From: Gemmatimonadota bacterium
GTDB lineage: Bacteria; Gemmatimonadota; Gemmatimonadetes; Longimicrobiales; Gaopeijiaceae
Length of the DNA: 64,000 bases
Reading direction: 5' to 3'
Assembly: GCA_030827315.1 (NCBI GenBank)
Contig: JAURER010000015.1
Location: 5,624-69,623 of the forward strand
The position numbers and the translations under genes were made by a program. Under the pieces are notes generated by a model. It made no database searches. It saw only the letters and a list, made by a program, of their open reading frames with translations, and was not told the DNA's origin. Positions 54,637 through 63,757 of the stretch are shown here, in pieces (position 1 is the first letter of the stretch; every line of letters starts with the position of its first letter).

Positions 54637-55869
54637 TCATCCGAAGATGGCGCGGACCTCGTCCAGGCCGGCGAAGAGTCGATCGACGTCCTCGCGCGTG
54701 CTGTAGAGATAGAAGGAGGCGCGGGCGGTCGCGGGGACGCCGAAGTGCTTCATCACGAGCTGGGCGCAGTGGTGGCCCGCGCGCACCGCGACGCCGTGGG
54801 CATCCAGGATCGTGGAGATGTCGTGCGGATGCGCGTCGCCCATCGTGAACGAGACCACTGCAGACCGCTCCTCGAGACTCTCCGGCCCGAAGATGCGGAT
54901 CCCCGGCACCGCTCGGAGGCGCTCCATCGCGTAGGCCATCAGCTCGTGCTCGTGTCGCACGATCGCGTCCATGCCGATGGTGTCGAGGTAGTCGATCGCG
55001 GCACCGAGTCCGATGGCTCCCGCGATATTAGGGGTGCCCGCCTCGAACTTGTGCGGAACCGCGGCCCAGCTGCTCGCGTCGCGACCGACGATGTGGATCA
55101 TCTCCCCGCCGCCCTGGTAGGGGCTCATGCGCTCGAGCATGTCCCGGCGTCCCCAGAGAACGCCGATGCCCGTCGGGCCGCACATCTTGTGGCCACTGAA
55201 CGCGTAGAAATCCGCTCCGAGCGTCTGGACGTCGACGGACGAGTGGACGGCGCCCTGCGCCCCGTCCACGAGCACGACCGCCCCGGCGGCCTTCGCCGCG
55301 GGAATGATCTCGTGCAGCGGGTTCACGGTGCCCAGCGCATTCGACACGTGTGAGATCGCTACGATCTTCGTGCGTTCGCCGAGCAGCCGCGGGAGGTCGT
55401 CGAGGAGGAGCCGGCCCTGGTCGTCGAGCTCGATGTAGCGGATTGTCGCACCGGTGCGCGCAGCCAGAATCTGCCACGGGACGATGTTCGAGTGGTGCTC
55501 GAGCACGGACAGGAGGATCTCGTCGCCCGGCCCGATGTTGTCGAGTCCCCACGAAGCTGCCACCAGGTTGATGGCCTCGGTCGTTCCCCGGGTCCACACG
55601 ATCTCGTCGGCGCTCGCCGCGTTGATCCAGCGGGCCGCCTTCACCCGTGCCGCTTCGTAGGCTTCGGTCGCCCGACGGGAAAGCTCGTGGATCCCACGAT
55701 GCACGTTCGCGTTGTCGTGCTCGTAATACGCGTCCATCACGTCCAGCACGGCGCGCGGCTTCTGCGACGTGGCCGCGTTGTCGAGATAGGCGAGCGGCAT
55801 CCCGTTCACGCTCTGCTGGAGCGCCGGGAAGTCTTCACGGGCGCGGTGCGGATCGAAGGCCGACGTCAC
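54637..55869 (-). CDS. sufS: cysteine desulfurase SufS
   Basis: GTG at 55869. FPALQQSVNG.PLAYLDNAATSQKP, HHSNIVPWQ, SGHKMCGPTGIG (PLP Lys) and RAGHHCAQ (active-site Cys). Confidence 0.92.
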   Translation of the reverse strand: MTSAFDPHRAREDFPALQQSVNGMPLAYLDNAATSQKPRAVLDVMDAYYEHDNANVHRGIHELSRRATEAYEAARVKAARWINAASADEIVWTRGTTEAINLVAASWGLDNIGPGDEILLSVLEHHSNIVPWQILAARTGATIRYIELDDQGRLLLDDLPRLLGERTKIVAISHVSNALGTVNPLHEIIPAAKAAGAVVLVDGAQGAVHSSVDVQTLGADFYAFSGHKMCGPTGIGVLWGRRDMLERMSPYQGGGEMIHIVGRDASSWAAVPHKFEAGTPNIAGAIGLGAAIDYLDTIGMDAIVRHEHELMAYAMERLRAVPGIRIFGPESLEERSAVVSFTMGDAHPHDISTILDAHGVAVRAGHHCAQLVMKHFGVPATARASFYLYSTREDVDRLFAGLDEVRAIFG

Positions 55870-55876
55870 GTGCGGC

Positions 55877-56188
55877 TCAGCCCGTGTCGACCCAGATCTG
55901 CCCGTCGCGGATCTCGACCGGGAACGCCTGCACCGGCCGCACCGCGGGCAGCGCCTTGCGCGCGCCGGAGCACGCTTCGAAACGCGCACCGTGATACCGG
56001 CATACCACATGGCTGCCGTCCAGCTCTCCGTCGGAGAGCGGATACTCGTCGTGCGAACACCGGTCCCTGAGAGCGCACACGGTCCCGTCGACGTTCGCCA
56101 GGACCACGGGAATCCCGTCGGCCACGACGCCCTTCAGCTGTCCGACGGGGCAGTCACCCTCCGCCGCGACCCTCACCCAGTGTGCCAT
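55877..56188 (-). CDS. Rieske-type [2Fe-2S] ferredoxin embedded in the suf operon
   Basis: CSHDEYPL...CRYHGARF Rieske boxes. 103 aa. No signal peptide. Confidence 0.85.
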   Translation of the reverse strand: MAHWVRVAAEGDCPVGQLKGVVADGIPVVLANVDGTVCALRDRCSHDEYPLSDGELDGSHVVCRYHGARFEACSGARKALPAVRPVQAFPVEIRDGQIWVDTG

Positions 56189-56197
56189 GCCGCCGCC

Positions 56198-57556
56198 TCA
56201 GACGTGGTTGAGCAGCTTCTGCTCGATGACCCGGTTCACCTTCTCGACCACGCCTCCGAGGGGAAGCTTCGAGAGCACTTCGCCCAGAAAGCCCATGACG
56301 ACCAGCCGTTCGGCCTGAATCCGGCTGAGGCCACGACTCATCAGGTAGAACTTCGATTCGGAGTCGAGCTCTCCCACGGTCGCGCCGTGAGAGCACTTCA
56401 CGTCGTCGGCCTCGATCTCGAGGTTGGGCAGCGAATCCGCCCGCGCACCACGTGACAGCAGCAGGTTCCGGTTCGTCTGATACGCGTCCGTGCGCTGCGC
56501 TCCCGGCAGCACCCGGATGATGCCGCGGAACACCGCACGACTGTCGCCGTCGAGCGCGCCCTTGTACAGCAGGTCGCTTCCCGTGTGGGGCTGGGTGTGG
56601 TCCTGGCTCGTGTTGAAGTCGAAGTGCTGGTCGCCGTCGCCGAAGTAGAGACCGAGCATGTCGGAGTTGGCACCGGGGCCGAGGAGTCTCGCGTTCAGAT
56701 CCACGCGGCTCACCGAGGCGCCGAGCGCCACGTTGAGGGTGTCGAGCGTCGCGTCGCGGCCGGCAAGGGTGCGCTGCACCGACTGGTAGAAAGCGCCACG
56801 GCCGAGGCGCTGAAGCGCGACGTACTGGACCTGGGCGCCGTCCCGAGCCACGACTTCGACCGCGGTGGACGTCAGTGTCTGCGCGTCGAAGTCGTCGGAA
56901 ACGACCTCGTCCACGTAGGACACCTGGCTCTGAGGCTCCGCGACGATGAGCACGCGGCTGAAGTAGGCGGCGCCGGACTCGCTGAGCCAGCGGGTGACAC
57001 GCACCGGCAGCTCGAGACGCACACCCCGGGGGACGTAGAGGAAGATGCCGTCCGCCCACAGCGCCGCGTTCAGCGCCGCGAACTTCCCCTCTTCCGCGGG
57101 CACGGCTTCGGTGGCGAGGTGCTCCTTCAGGAGCTCGCCGTGCGTCCGCACGGCCTCGCGCAGCGACATCAGGATCACGCCCTGGGCCGCGAGGTCGCCG
57201 ATCAGGTCGGAGTGCACGACGTGATCGTCGATGATCACGATGTGGCCGGATGCCTCGTGGTCTTCCTGCACGGTGGCCCGAAGCTGGGCCGGCCAGGCCC
57301 CGGGATCGTCGGGCGCGGCCTCGGTGTCGGAGAGCCGGAGTGCGTCGAGGTCGAGCTTCTTCGCGAGGTCCGTGTAGCGCCACTCTTCGAGCCGGGTCGT
57401 CGGCATCGGGGTGCGCTCGTAGACGTCCCACGCCTGGGTCCGACGATGACGGAGCCACTCTGGCTCGCCGATCGAGATGCGCTCCACAGCGTCCGCGTTC
57501 AGGGCCTCGGTGACGCCTTCCATACGTCCGATCTCATTCGTTGCGGTCATGGTCAC
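56198..57556 (-). CDS. sufD: Fe-S cluster assembly protein SufD
   Basis: EEWRYTDL, then the beta-helix region ...SRVDLNARL.GPGA....GLY...QH.D..T...H..PHT.S....KGAL....R.VF.G.I.V...AQ.TDA.Q.NRNLLLS. Confidence 0.9.
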   Translation of the reverse strand: MTMTATNEIGRMEGVTEALNADAVERISIGEPEWLRHRRTQAWDVYERTPMPTTRLEEWRYTDLAKKLDLDALRLSDTEAAPDDPGAWPAQLRATVQEDHEASGHIVIIDDHVVHSDLIGDLAAQGVILMSLREAVRTHGELLKEHLATEAVPAEEGKFAALNAALWADGIFLYVPRGVRLELPVRVTRWLSESGAAYFSRVLIVAEPQSQVSYVDEVVSDDFDAQTLTSTAVEVVARDGAQVQYVALQRLGRGAFYQSVQRTLAGRDATLDTLNVALGASVSRVDLNARLLGPGANSDMLGLYFGDGDQHFDFNTSQDHTQPHTGSDLLYKGALDGDSRAVFRGIIRVLPGAQRTDAYQTNRNLLLSRGARADSLPNLEIEADDVKCSHGATVGELDSESKFYLMSRGLSRIQAERLVVMGFLGEVLSKLPLGGVVEKVNRVIEQKLLNHV

Positions 57557-57558
57557 GA

Positions 57559-58974
57559 TCAGCCCACCGATCCTTCCATCTCGAGCTCGATCAGACGGTT
57601 CAGCTCGACGGCGTACTCGAGCGGAAGCTCTTTCGCGATCGGCTCGATGAAGCCGCGCACGATCATCGCCATCGCTTCATCCTCGGGGATGCCCCGGCTG
57701 GTGAGGTAGAAGAGCTGCTCTTCCCCGATCTTCGACACGGAGGCCTCGTGCCCCACGTTGGCGTCGCTCTCTTCGATCTCGATGTAGGGGTAGGTATCGG
57801 TGCGCGACGTATCGTTGATGAGGAGCGCGTCGCACTCGACGTTCGAGCGCGCGTGGTGCGCTCCCTCGTGCACCTTCAGGAGGCCCCGGTACGTCGAGCG
57901 TCCGTGACCCTTGGAGATCGACTTGGAGACGATCGAGGAAGTCGTATAGGGCGCGGCGTGGATCACCTTGCCTCCGGTGTCCTGGTGCTGGCCGTCACCC
58001 GAGTACGCGATCGACAGGATCTCGCCGTGCGCGCCCTCGCCGACCAGGTAGCAGGACGGGTACTTCATGGTCAGCTTCGACCCCAGGTTGCCGTCGAGCC
58101 ATTCCATGTGGCCACCGGCTTCCACAATGGCCCGCTGGGTGACGAGGTTGTACATGTTGTTCGACCAGTTCTGGATGGTCGTGTACCGGAAGCGGGCGTT
58201 CTTCTTGACGATGATCTCGATGACGCCGGAGTGAAACGACTCCGTCGAGTAGACGGGGGCCGTGCATCCCTCGATGTAGTGCGCCTGGGCGCCCTCGTCG
58301 ACGATGATGAGGGTGCGCTCGAACTGTCCCATGCGCTCCTGGTTCACCCGGAAGTAGGCCTGGAGCGGCGTGTCGAGTGAGACGCCCTTCGGGATGTAGA
58401 CGAAGGACCCACCCGACCAGACCGCGGAGTTCATCGCCGAGAACTTGTTGTCGGCCGTCGGGACGATCGTGCCGAAGTGCTCCCGGAAGAGCTCGGGGTG
58501 CTTCTTCAACCCGTCCTCGATGGAATCGAAGATGACGCCCTGCTTCTCCCACTCCTCGCGGAGCGAATGGTACACCATCTCGGACTCGTACTGAGCGCCA
58601 ACCCCCGCGAGCACGCGCCGTTCGGCCTCCGGGATTCCGAGCTTCTCGAAGGTGTCCTTGATCTCTTCCGGAACGTCGTCCCACGAATGCTGCATCCGAT
58701 CCTGGGGCCGGACGTAGAAGTAGATCTCGTCGAGAACCTGCTCGAGTCCGTCCAGGTCTCCGCCCCACTTCGGCATCGGCTTGGAGTTGTAGACCTCGAG
58801 CGCCTTGAGCCGGAACTCCAGCATCCACTCGGGCTCCTCCTTGTGGGCGGAGATCTCTCGGACGACCGCCTCGGAAAGGCCCTTCTGCGCACGGTAGACG
58901 GGCTGTCCTTCCGTGACGAAGTCGTACTTGTACTGGTCGAGCCCGAGATCCTGGATCGTCTCGTTCTGCGGCAT
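57559..58974 (-). CDS. sufB: Fe-S cluster assembly protein SufB
   Basis: Highly conserved SufB stretches: [60 protein letters not shown], and F.EP...[20 protein letters not shown]. Confidence 0.95.
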   Translation of the reverse strand: MPQNETIQDLGLDQYKYDFVTEGQPVYRAQKGLSEAVVREISAHKEEPEWMLEFRLKALEVYNSKPMPKWGGDLDGLEQVLDEIYFYVRPQDRMQHSWDDVPEEIKDTFEKLGIPEAERRVLAGVGAQYESEMVYHSLREEWEKQGVIFDSIEDGLKKHPELFREHFGTIVPTADNKFSAMNSAVWSGGSFVYIPKGVSLDTPLQAYFRVNQERMGQFERTLIIVDEGAQAHYIEGCTAPVYSTESFHSGVIEIIVKKNARFRYTTIQNWSNNMYNLVTQRAIVEAGGHMEWLDGNLGSKLTMKYPSCYLVGEGAHGEILSIAYSGDGQHQDTGGKVIHAAPYTTSSIVSKSISKGHGRSTYRGLLKVHEGAHHARSNVECDALLINDTSRTDTYPYIEIEESDANVGHEASVSKIGEEQLFYLTSRGIPEDEAMAMIVRGFIEPIAKELPLEYAVELNRLIELEMEGSVG

Positions 58975-59008
58975 GTCGCCTCCTCGCGTCCCTGGGGATC
59001 CGTTCTCG

Positions 59009-59803
59009 TCAGGCGCCGGCCGCGCCGTGCGAGGCGGCGCTTGCTTCTTCGTACGTCCTGTACCCTTCGGCTTCCAGTTCCAGCGCGACTTCGGGTCCGC
59101 CCGACTGCACGATCCGCCCGTCGACCATCACGTGCACGTGGTCCGGCTTGATGTAGTCGAGAAGGCGCTGGTAGTGCGTGATGAGGAGAACCGACATCTC
59201 CGGGTCCTCTTCCAGGAGCCTGTTCACGCCGTTCGCCACGATCTTGAGCGCGTCGATGTCGAGTCCGGAGTCCGTCTCGTCCATGACCGCGAGCTTCGGC
59301 TTGAGCATGGCCATCTGAAGGATCTCGTGGCGCTTCTTCTCGCCGCCGCTGAACCCGTCGTTGACGTGCCGCTCTGCGAACGTCGGGTCCATCTCGAGCA
59401 TCGACATGCGGTCCGTGAGCATGTCGGAGAAGTCGAAGATGTCGAGATCCTCGCCCTCCGGGAGGTGAGCCTGGACCGCCGTCCTGAGGAAGTTCGCGAT
59501 GGACACGCCCGGAATCTCCACCGGATACTGGAAGGCGAGGAAGACGCCGGCGCGGGAGCGCTCGTCCGCCTCGAGCTCGAGGAGGTCTTCGCCGATGAAC
59601 GTGACGTTGCCGCCCGTGGCCTCGTAACCGGGATGACCCGCGATCACCTTCGCGAGTGTGCTCTTTCCAGACCCGTTGGGGCCCATGATCGCGTGGATCT
59701 CGCCCTTTCCGATCTGAAGGTCGACTCCGTTCAAAATACCGAGGTCCTCCTCCGCCACCCTGGCCTCGAGGCCTTCGATCCGGAGAATGGGTGCGTCGCT
59801 CAT
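59009..59803 (-). CDS. sufC: Fe-S cluster assembly ATPase SufC
   Basis: ATG at 59803. Walker [13 protein letters not shown] signature FSGGEKKR. Walker [14 protein letters not shown]-loop ITHY. Confidence 0.95.
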   Translation of the reverse strand: MSDAPILRIEGLEARVAEEDLGILNGVDLQIGKGEIHAIMGPNGSGKSTLAKVIAGHPGYEATGGNVTFIGEDLLELEADERSRAGVFLAFQYPVEIPGVSIANFLRTAVQAHLPEGEDLDIFDFSDMLTDRMSMLEMDPTFAERHVNDGFSGGEKKRHEILQMAMLKPKLAVMDETDSGLDIDALKIVANGVNRLLEEDPEMSVLLITHYQRLLDYIKPDHVHVMVDGRIVQSGGPEVALELEAEGYRTYEEASAASHGAAGA

Positions 59804-59822
59804 CGGGTCTCTCTGACAATGG

Positions 59823-59848
59823 AAGCGGCGCCGACCTCGGCGCCGCTT
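59823..59848. promoter_or_regulatory. perfect 12+12 palindrome AAGCGGCGCCGA-CC-TCGGCGCCGCTT in the sufC leader (operator or 5' stem-loop)
   Basis: Seen directly. Lies 19 nt upstream of the sufC ATG and 4 nt downstream of the -10-like CATTAT, so it would span the predicted transcription start. Confidence 0.4.
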
Positions 59849-59852
59849 ATGG

Positions 59853-59881
59853 ATAATGATTCTTGGTTTCAGGACCCTTAA
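59853..59881 (-). promoter_or_regulatory. candidate sigma70-type promoter of the suf operon
   Basis: Minus strand reads TTAAGG-N17-CATTAT within the AT-richest patch of the intergenic region. 3/6 and 4/6 matches to TTGACA/TATAAT. Confidence 0.35.
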
Positions 59882-60269
59882 GCTAGAGGTGCTGTGAGGG
59901 GGGGTCAACCAACTCCGAACCCCGCCGCCGGCGGGGACCCCGGCGGCCTTCGAGCGAGTTTCGGGTGCATTGTTCTCTACATGCCAGTCGGACAATGCGT
60001 TAGCGCGCCTCGCGCGCTCCGTGGTGGTGTGGGTGCCCTCCTCCCCCACCAAGCCAAGCTGGCAGACCCGGGGGTGATGACCTAACAGCATGTCGGACTG
60101 CACTTTATGTCGATAGAGAAGCGTCGCTTCGTCCGGTTCCGGCATCGGCGCCGCCACTTCGGCGCTCGTCCTCGCCGGCCCGAGCCGGATTGCGCACCCG
60201 GCGGCGGAGAGCTATCAGATCCGTGCGAGCCTCGTGCTGCCTCGAAGAACCATTGACCAGGAGGAAATC

Positions 60270-60680
60270 GTGGCGCGACCGAAGGCCCCGGCCAGCCTTC
60301 CCTTCCGACGCGTCCGGACGCTGTTGTTCGCGGGGGCCTTGGCAATGCTCGGCTGTTCCGACGAGGCTCCGGTGTCCGGCCCCGGAACGATGACGGCCAC
60401 CCTCGCGGGCCCCGGTGGGCCCGAGGGAGCCGCGGTGGTCGAGCTGCTGGGCCCTGGCCTTGCGGGCATCACCGCGGTCGGAGGCGTGGACCTCTACGCC
60501 GAAGTGGATGCGAAGGGGGCGCGCGTGGTGCTGATCCACGCGACCGGGGGAGAGCTGGCCTTCGTCGTGGCGGTACCCGACACGACCGAGCCGCCTGCGT
60601 GGGTGGTCCGACAGGTGGCGGGTCCGGACGACGCTCTTCGTCCGGATCTGTCGCGCTACGCGGTGGAGTTCTCGCGATGA
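60270..60680 (+). CDS. hypothetical lipoprotein (136 aa)
   Basis: GTG at 60270 with SD CAGGAGGA 5 nt upstream. Lipobox GALAMLGC. TGA overlaps the ATG of the M6 protease gene. Confidence 0.55.
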   Translation: MARPKAPASLPFRRVRTLLFAGALAMLGCSDEAPVSGPGTMTATLAGPGGPEGAAVVELLGPGLAGITAVGGVDLYAEVDAKGARVVLIHATGGELAFVVAVPDTTEPPAWVVRQVAGPDDALRPDLSRYAVEFSR

Positions 60681-62578
60681 GCCGCCGTTGCGCGAGAGGT
60701 AGCGGCGTTCACGTCTGGCTCCTGTTCCTCGTCACCCTGGGTGCGGCCGCACCGCCCCCCTCCGCGGGACAGTCCCCCGACATCGAGGCGGTTGCGGCCA
60801 TGCGCGGGATTCCCCTTCCCGCGTCGTACTGGGCACAGGTCCGCGACGACGTCCGGGCGTTCGAGTTCGAGCGGGCGCTCTACAATCGTGTGTCCTCGCA
60901 GACGGCGGCTCGCGGGCAGGTGCGCATCCCGGTGGTCCTGGCCCTCTTTCGCGACTCATCGGATCCCATTCAGGCCACGCGGGACGACGTACAGCGAGCC
61001 CTGTTCGACGGGCCCTCGTCGCGAGGCACGATCACCGAGTCATACCTGGAGATGTCCCGCGGCGCCCTGCGCGTGGACGGCGACGTCTTCGGGTGGACGC
61101 GAAGTTCACTTTCCCTCGCCGAGGTGGTGCCTCCCGGAGGACTGCCGTCGAACGACGACAGGATCGGGGAGTTCATCGTCGAGGCCCTCGCGGTGCTCGA
61201 TCCGGAGATCGACTTCACCCTGTACGACAACGACGGTCCCGACGGGATCGCGGACAGCGGTGACGATGACGGCTTCGTCGATATCCTCACCTTCGAGTAC
61301 CTGGAGGTCGCGGCCTCCTGTGGTGGTCCGGGTATCTGGCCGCACCGTTCGACCCTCACGCGCCGGAACGGGTCCGCGTACGTGACCGACGACGTCGGCA
61401 TCGATGGCGAGCCCATCCGCATCCTTGATTACCTCACGCAGAGCGCGACCGACTGCACGGGTCAGAACGTGCAGGATGCGGCGGTCATCACGCACGAGTT
61501 CGGACACGCCCTGGGTCTGCCCGACTTCTATCACTGGATCGACACGAGCGCGGGTCCGTACGGCCGCCGCTGGGTCCTGGGCTGCTGGGCGTTGATGGCG
61601 GCGGGGTCGTGGGGTTGCGGGCCGGTGACGGACGACCGTGCAGCGTTCGGCCCGACGCACATGATCGGCTTCTCCAAGGACTACCTGGGCTGGATCGACT
61701 TCGCCGACCCGGGCGAGGTGTGGAACGAGACGATCGAGCTTTCCCCCATCGAGATCTCAGGGGAGGCCCTGAAGATCCCCCTCGACGACATCGCCGACGA
61801 GTATCTCATCGTCGAGTTCCGCGACACCATCGGCTTCGACCGCGACCTCCCGGGGCGGGGCGTGCTGATGTACAAGCAGGACATCGATGCATTCCTCCGT
61901 CCCGATCCGGCGTCGAACGATCCGTACTTCCTGACGATGCTCGAAGCGGACGACAACCGCTCGCTCGTGCGCACGGCACTCGAGGGTGGAAGTCGAGGGG
62001 AGATCGGGGACGCCTGGGGCGTCGGAACCGGTACGGGCCTCCACGCGCTCAGCGCGCCCGGACTGCGTCTCGACGACGGTGGCTGGACCACGGTTCAGGT
62101 TCACGAGGTCTCGGTGGAAGGGGACCGGGCGAGAATCGTGCTTTCTACTGGAAGGACGCCGAAGCTGGTCGAGCCGGGCGGCGCGTTCGACGTGGCACCC
62201 GTCCGCTCGTTTCGAGCGCCGGTCCGCGTGGCGGGAGGACGGGGCCCGTATCAGGTCGCCGGCACGCTCCCGGACGGCTTCACCCTCGAACCCGGGGGCG
62301 ACGAGCTGGTGCTGATCGGATCGGTGCGTACCGGAGAGAGCACGGAGGTCTCGTTCGCCGCCCGGGACTCGAACGGTGCGGTGACCAACACGGTGACCGT
62401 CGTCGTTCGCGCCTCGGGCGAGTGGACCGTCGAGATCGCGAGCCTGGTCCAGACGTTCCTCGATTCGCCTGCGGCCCCGCTCAGCGCCGGGGAGATGAAG
62501 TATCTCGACGAGCTCGGTAACGCCAACGGGCAGTATGACGTGGGTGATCTGCGGAAGTGGCTTCGGGAGACCCGCTGA
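60677..62578 (+). CDS. M6 family (immune inhibitor A-like) metalloprotease, secreted
   Basis: Signal peptide. Zn motif VITHEFGHALGLPDFY. Upstream acidic DNDGPDGIADSGDDDGFVD. C-terminal Ig-like GTLPDGFTLEPGG and the dockerin/EF-hand-like loop LGNANGQYDVGDLRKWL. Confidence 0.8.
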   Translation: MSRRCARGSGVHVWLLFLVTLGAAAPPPSAGQSPDIEAVAAMRGIPLPASYWAQVRDDVRAFEFERALYNRVSSQTAARGQVRIPVVLALFRDSSDPIQATRDDVQRALFDGPSSRGTITESYLEMSRGALRVDGDVFGWTRSSLSLAEVVPPGGLPSNDDRIGEFIVEALAVLDPEIDFTLYDNDGPDGIADSGDDDGFVDILTFEYLEVAASCGGPGIWPHRSTLTRRNGSAYVTDDVGIDGEPIRILDYLTQSATDCTGQNVQDAAVITHEFGHALGLPDFYHWIDTSAGPYGRRWVLGCWALMAAGSWGCGPVTDDRAAFGPTHMIGFSKDYLGWIDFADPGEVWNETIELSPIEISGEALKIPLDDIADEYLIVEFRDTIGFDRDLPGRGVLMYKQDIDAFLRPDPASNDPYFLTMLEADDNRSLVRTALEGGSRGEIGDAWGVGTGTGLHALSAPGLRLDDGGWTTVQVHEVSVEGDRARIVLSTGRTPKLVEPGGAFDVAPVRSFRAPVRVAGGRGPYQVAGTLPDGFTLEPGGDELVLIGSVRTGESTEVSFAARDSNGAVTNTVTVVVRASGEWTVEIASLVQTFLDSPAAPLSAGEMKYLDELGNANGQYDVGDLRKWLRETR

Positions 62579-62579
62579 G

Positions 62580-62594
62580 GCCCCCGGTGGGGGC
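62580..62594. terminator. weak hairpin between convergent M6 protease and decarboxylase genes
   Basis: GCCCCC-GGT-GGGGGC, a 6-bp stem directly after the TGA. No U-tract. Confidence 0.3.
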
Positions 62595-62608
62595 AGCGGT
62601 CACGATCC

Positions 62609-63211
62609 TCATCCGTGGCGTGCGGGCGTGAGCGCGTCGCGCATGCGGTGCGACCACGCTGCGAGCGAGTACTGCAGGTAGCGCGACGGCTCGGTCTCGC
62701 TGCGTCCGATGGGGCCCTGCGCTCCGGGCTCCACGACGGCGTGGACGAAGGTCGGGCCCGGCGTCGTGAGGATCTCCGGCACGACGTCCGCCCACGCCCG
62801 GGGGTCGTTCACATGGAGGACGCGGCGAAAGCCCGACGCCCGGGCGAGAGCCGCCCAGTCGAGCCTTCCGGCGCCGGCCACCGGCTGGTGACCCGTGATC
62901 TCGTACTCGCCGTTGTCGGACACGACGAGCACGAAGTTGTGCGCTTCGGCATCGACGGCCGTGGCCAGCGTACCGAGGCACATCAGCATGCTTCCGTCTC
63001 CGTTGAGACAGATCACCCGCCGCTCCGGGCGAGCGAGCGCGATGCCGAGGGCGAGGTCCGCCGCGTGACCCATCGCGCTATCGGCGGAGGCGAAGTCGAG
63101 ATCGCTGTCCGAGAGTCTGCCCCAGGGGCGGACGACGCTCATGGTCGTGACCACGACCTCGTCGGTTCTGTACCGCGCGAGCGGACCGAGGAGCTGAGCG
63201 ACGGTGAGCAC
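62609..63211 (-). CDS. TPP-dependent decarboxylase beta subunit (sulfopyruvate/phosphonopyruvate decarboxylase ComE-like)
   Basis: TPP-binding motif LNGDGSMLMCLGTLAT...VVSDNGEYEITGHQ. Size about 200 aa, as for split ComE. Confidence 0.8.
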   Translation of the reverse strand: MLTVAQLLGPLARYRTDEVVVTTMSVVRPWGRLSDSDLDFASADSAMGHAADLALGIALARPERRVICLNGDGSMLMCLGTLATAVDAEAHNFVLVVSDNGEYEITGHQPVAGAGRLDWAALARASGFRRVLHVNDPRAWADVVPEILTTPGPTFVHAVVEPGAQGPIGRSETEPSRYLQYSLAAWSHRMRDALTPARHG

Positions 63212-63217
63212 GTGCGG

Positions 63218-63757
63218 TCAGTCCAACGGGCGCAGCAGGATCAGCGCCGAGGGGTGCCCGCGCTCGCGGGCGGCGGTCACCGTGTCGGCGATCGCCGCGA
63301 CCGGGTCGTCTTCGCCCGCGCACGTGCGGAACGGGATACCCCAGGCCTGGAGGGTCGGTTCGGTGAGCAGCGCCGTCGAGTCGATGTCCGGCCGCGTGAG
63401 GAGCGCGGGCGTACGCTCCTCATCGAGTCCGATTCCGGCCGCGAGCATGTTTGCGTACCCACGCCCCGTGATCACCATCGGAATCCCGGCTCCCATGCGC
63501 GTGGCGGTTCCCCGGATGGCGTCTCCCGACTCGAGGAGGCCCGTGTTCTGGATGACGACCAGCGGCGAAGCTCCACCGAGCCAGAGACCCGACGCCAGCG
63601 CGAACGCCTCGCCCTCGCGCGTCACGGTGACGAGCCGAATCGTCGGATGGACCTTAACCGCGTCGAAGAGTGGTCCCGATGTGTTGTCAGGAATGCCGAC
63701 GACGTGCGTGACGCCTGCACGCACGAGGGCGTGAATGGTGCGTTCCGGACGGGTCAC
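63218..63757 (-). CDS. TPP-dependent decarboxylase alpha subunit (ComD-like)
   Basis: GVTHVVGIPDNTSGPLF...VTREGEAFALASGLWLGG..PLVVIQNTGLLESGDAIRG is the TPP pyrimidine-binding N-terminal domain. Start overlaps the permease stop. Confidence 0.8.
   Translation of the reverse strand: MTRPERTIHALVRAGVTHVVGIPDNTSGPLFDAVKVHPTIRLVTVTREGEAFALASGLWLGGASPLVVIQNTGLLESGDAIRGTATRMGAGIPMVITGRGYANMLAAGIGLDEERTPALLTRPDIDSTALLTEPTLQAWGIPFRTCAGEDDPVAAIADTVTAARERGHPSALILLRPLD

Noticed and set aside
59849-59900. TGGATAATG...CAGGACCC, reminiscent of TPP-riboswitch fragments in the suf upstream region
   Set aside because: The order and orientation of the fragments do not match the THI-box consensus (no CUGAGA, and ACCC precedes rather than follows). 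A thiamine riboswitch upstream of suf would also make no biological sense.
60040-60080. AGCTGGCAGACCCGGGGG resembling the 3' end of E. coli 4.5S/SRP RNA
   Set aside because: Neither strand has the conserved domain IV elements (GGAA tetraloop, AGCA/GGAAG symmetric loop). The resemblance is superficial.
59894-60085. 63-aa plus-strand ORF in the large intergenic region
   Set aside because: GC3 is clearly lower than in neighbouring genes. No SD, no motifs. It is treated as non-coding.
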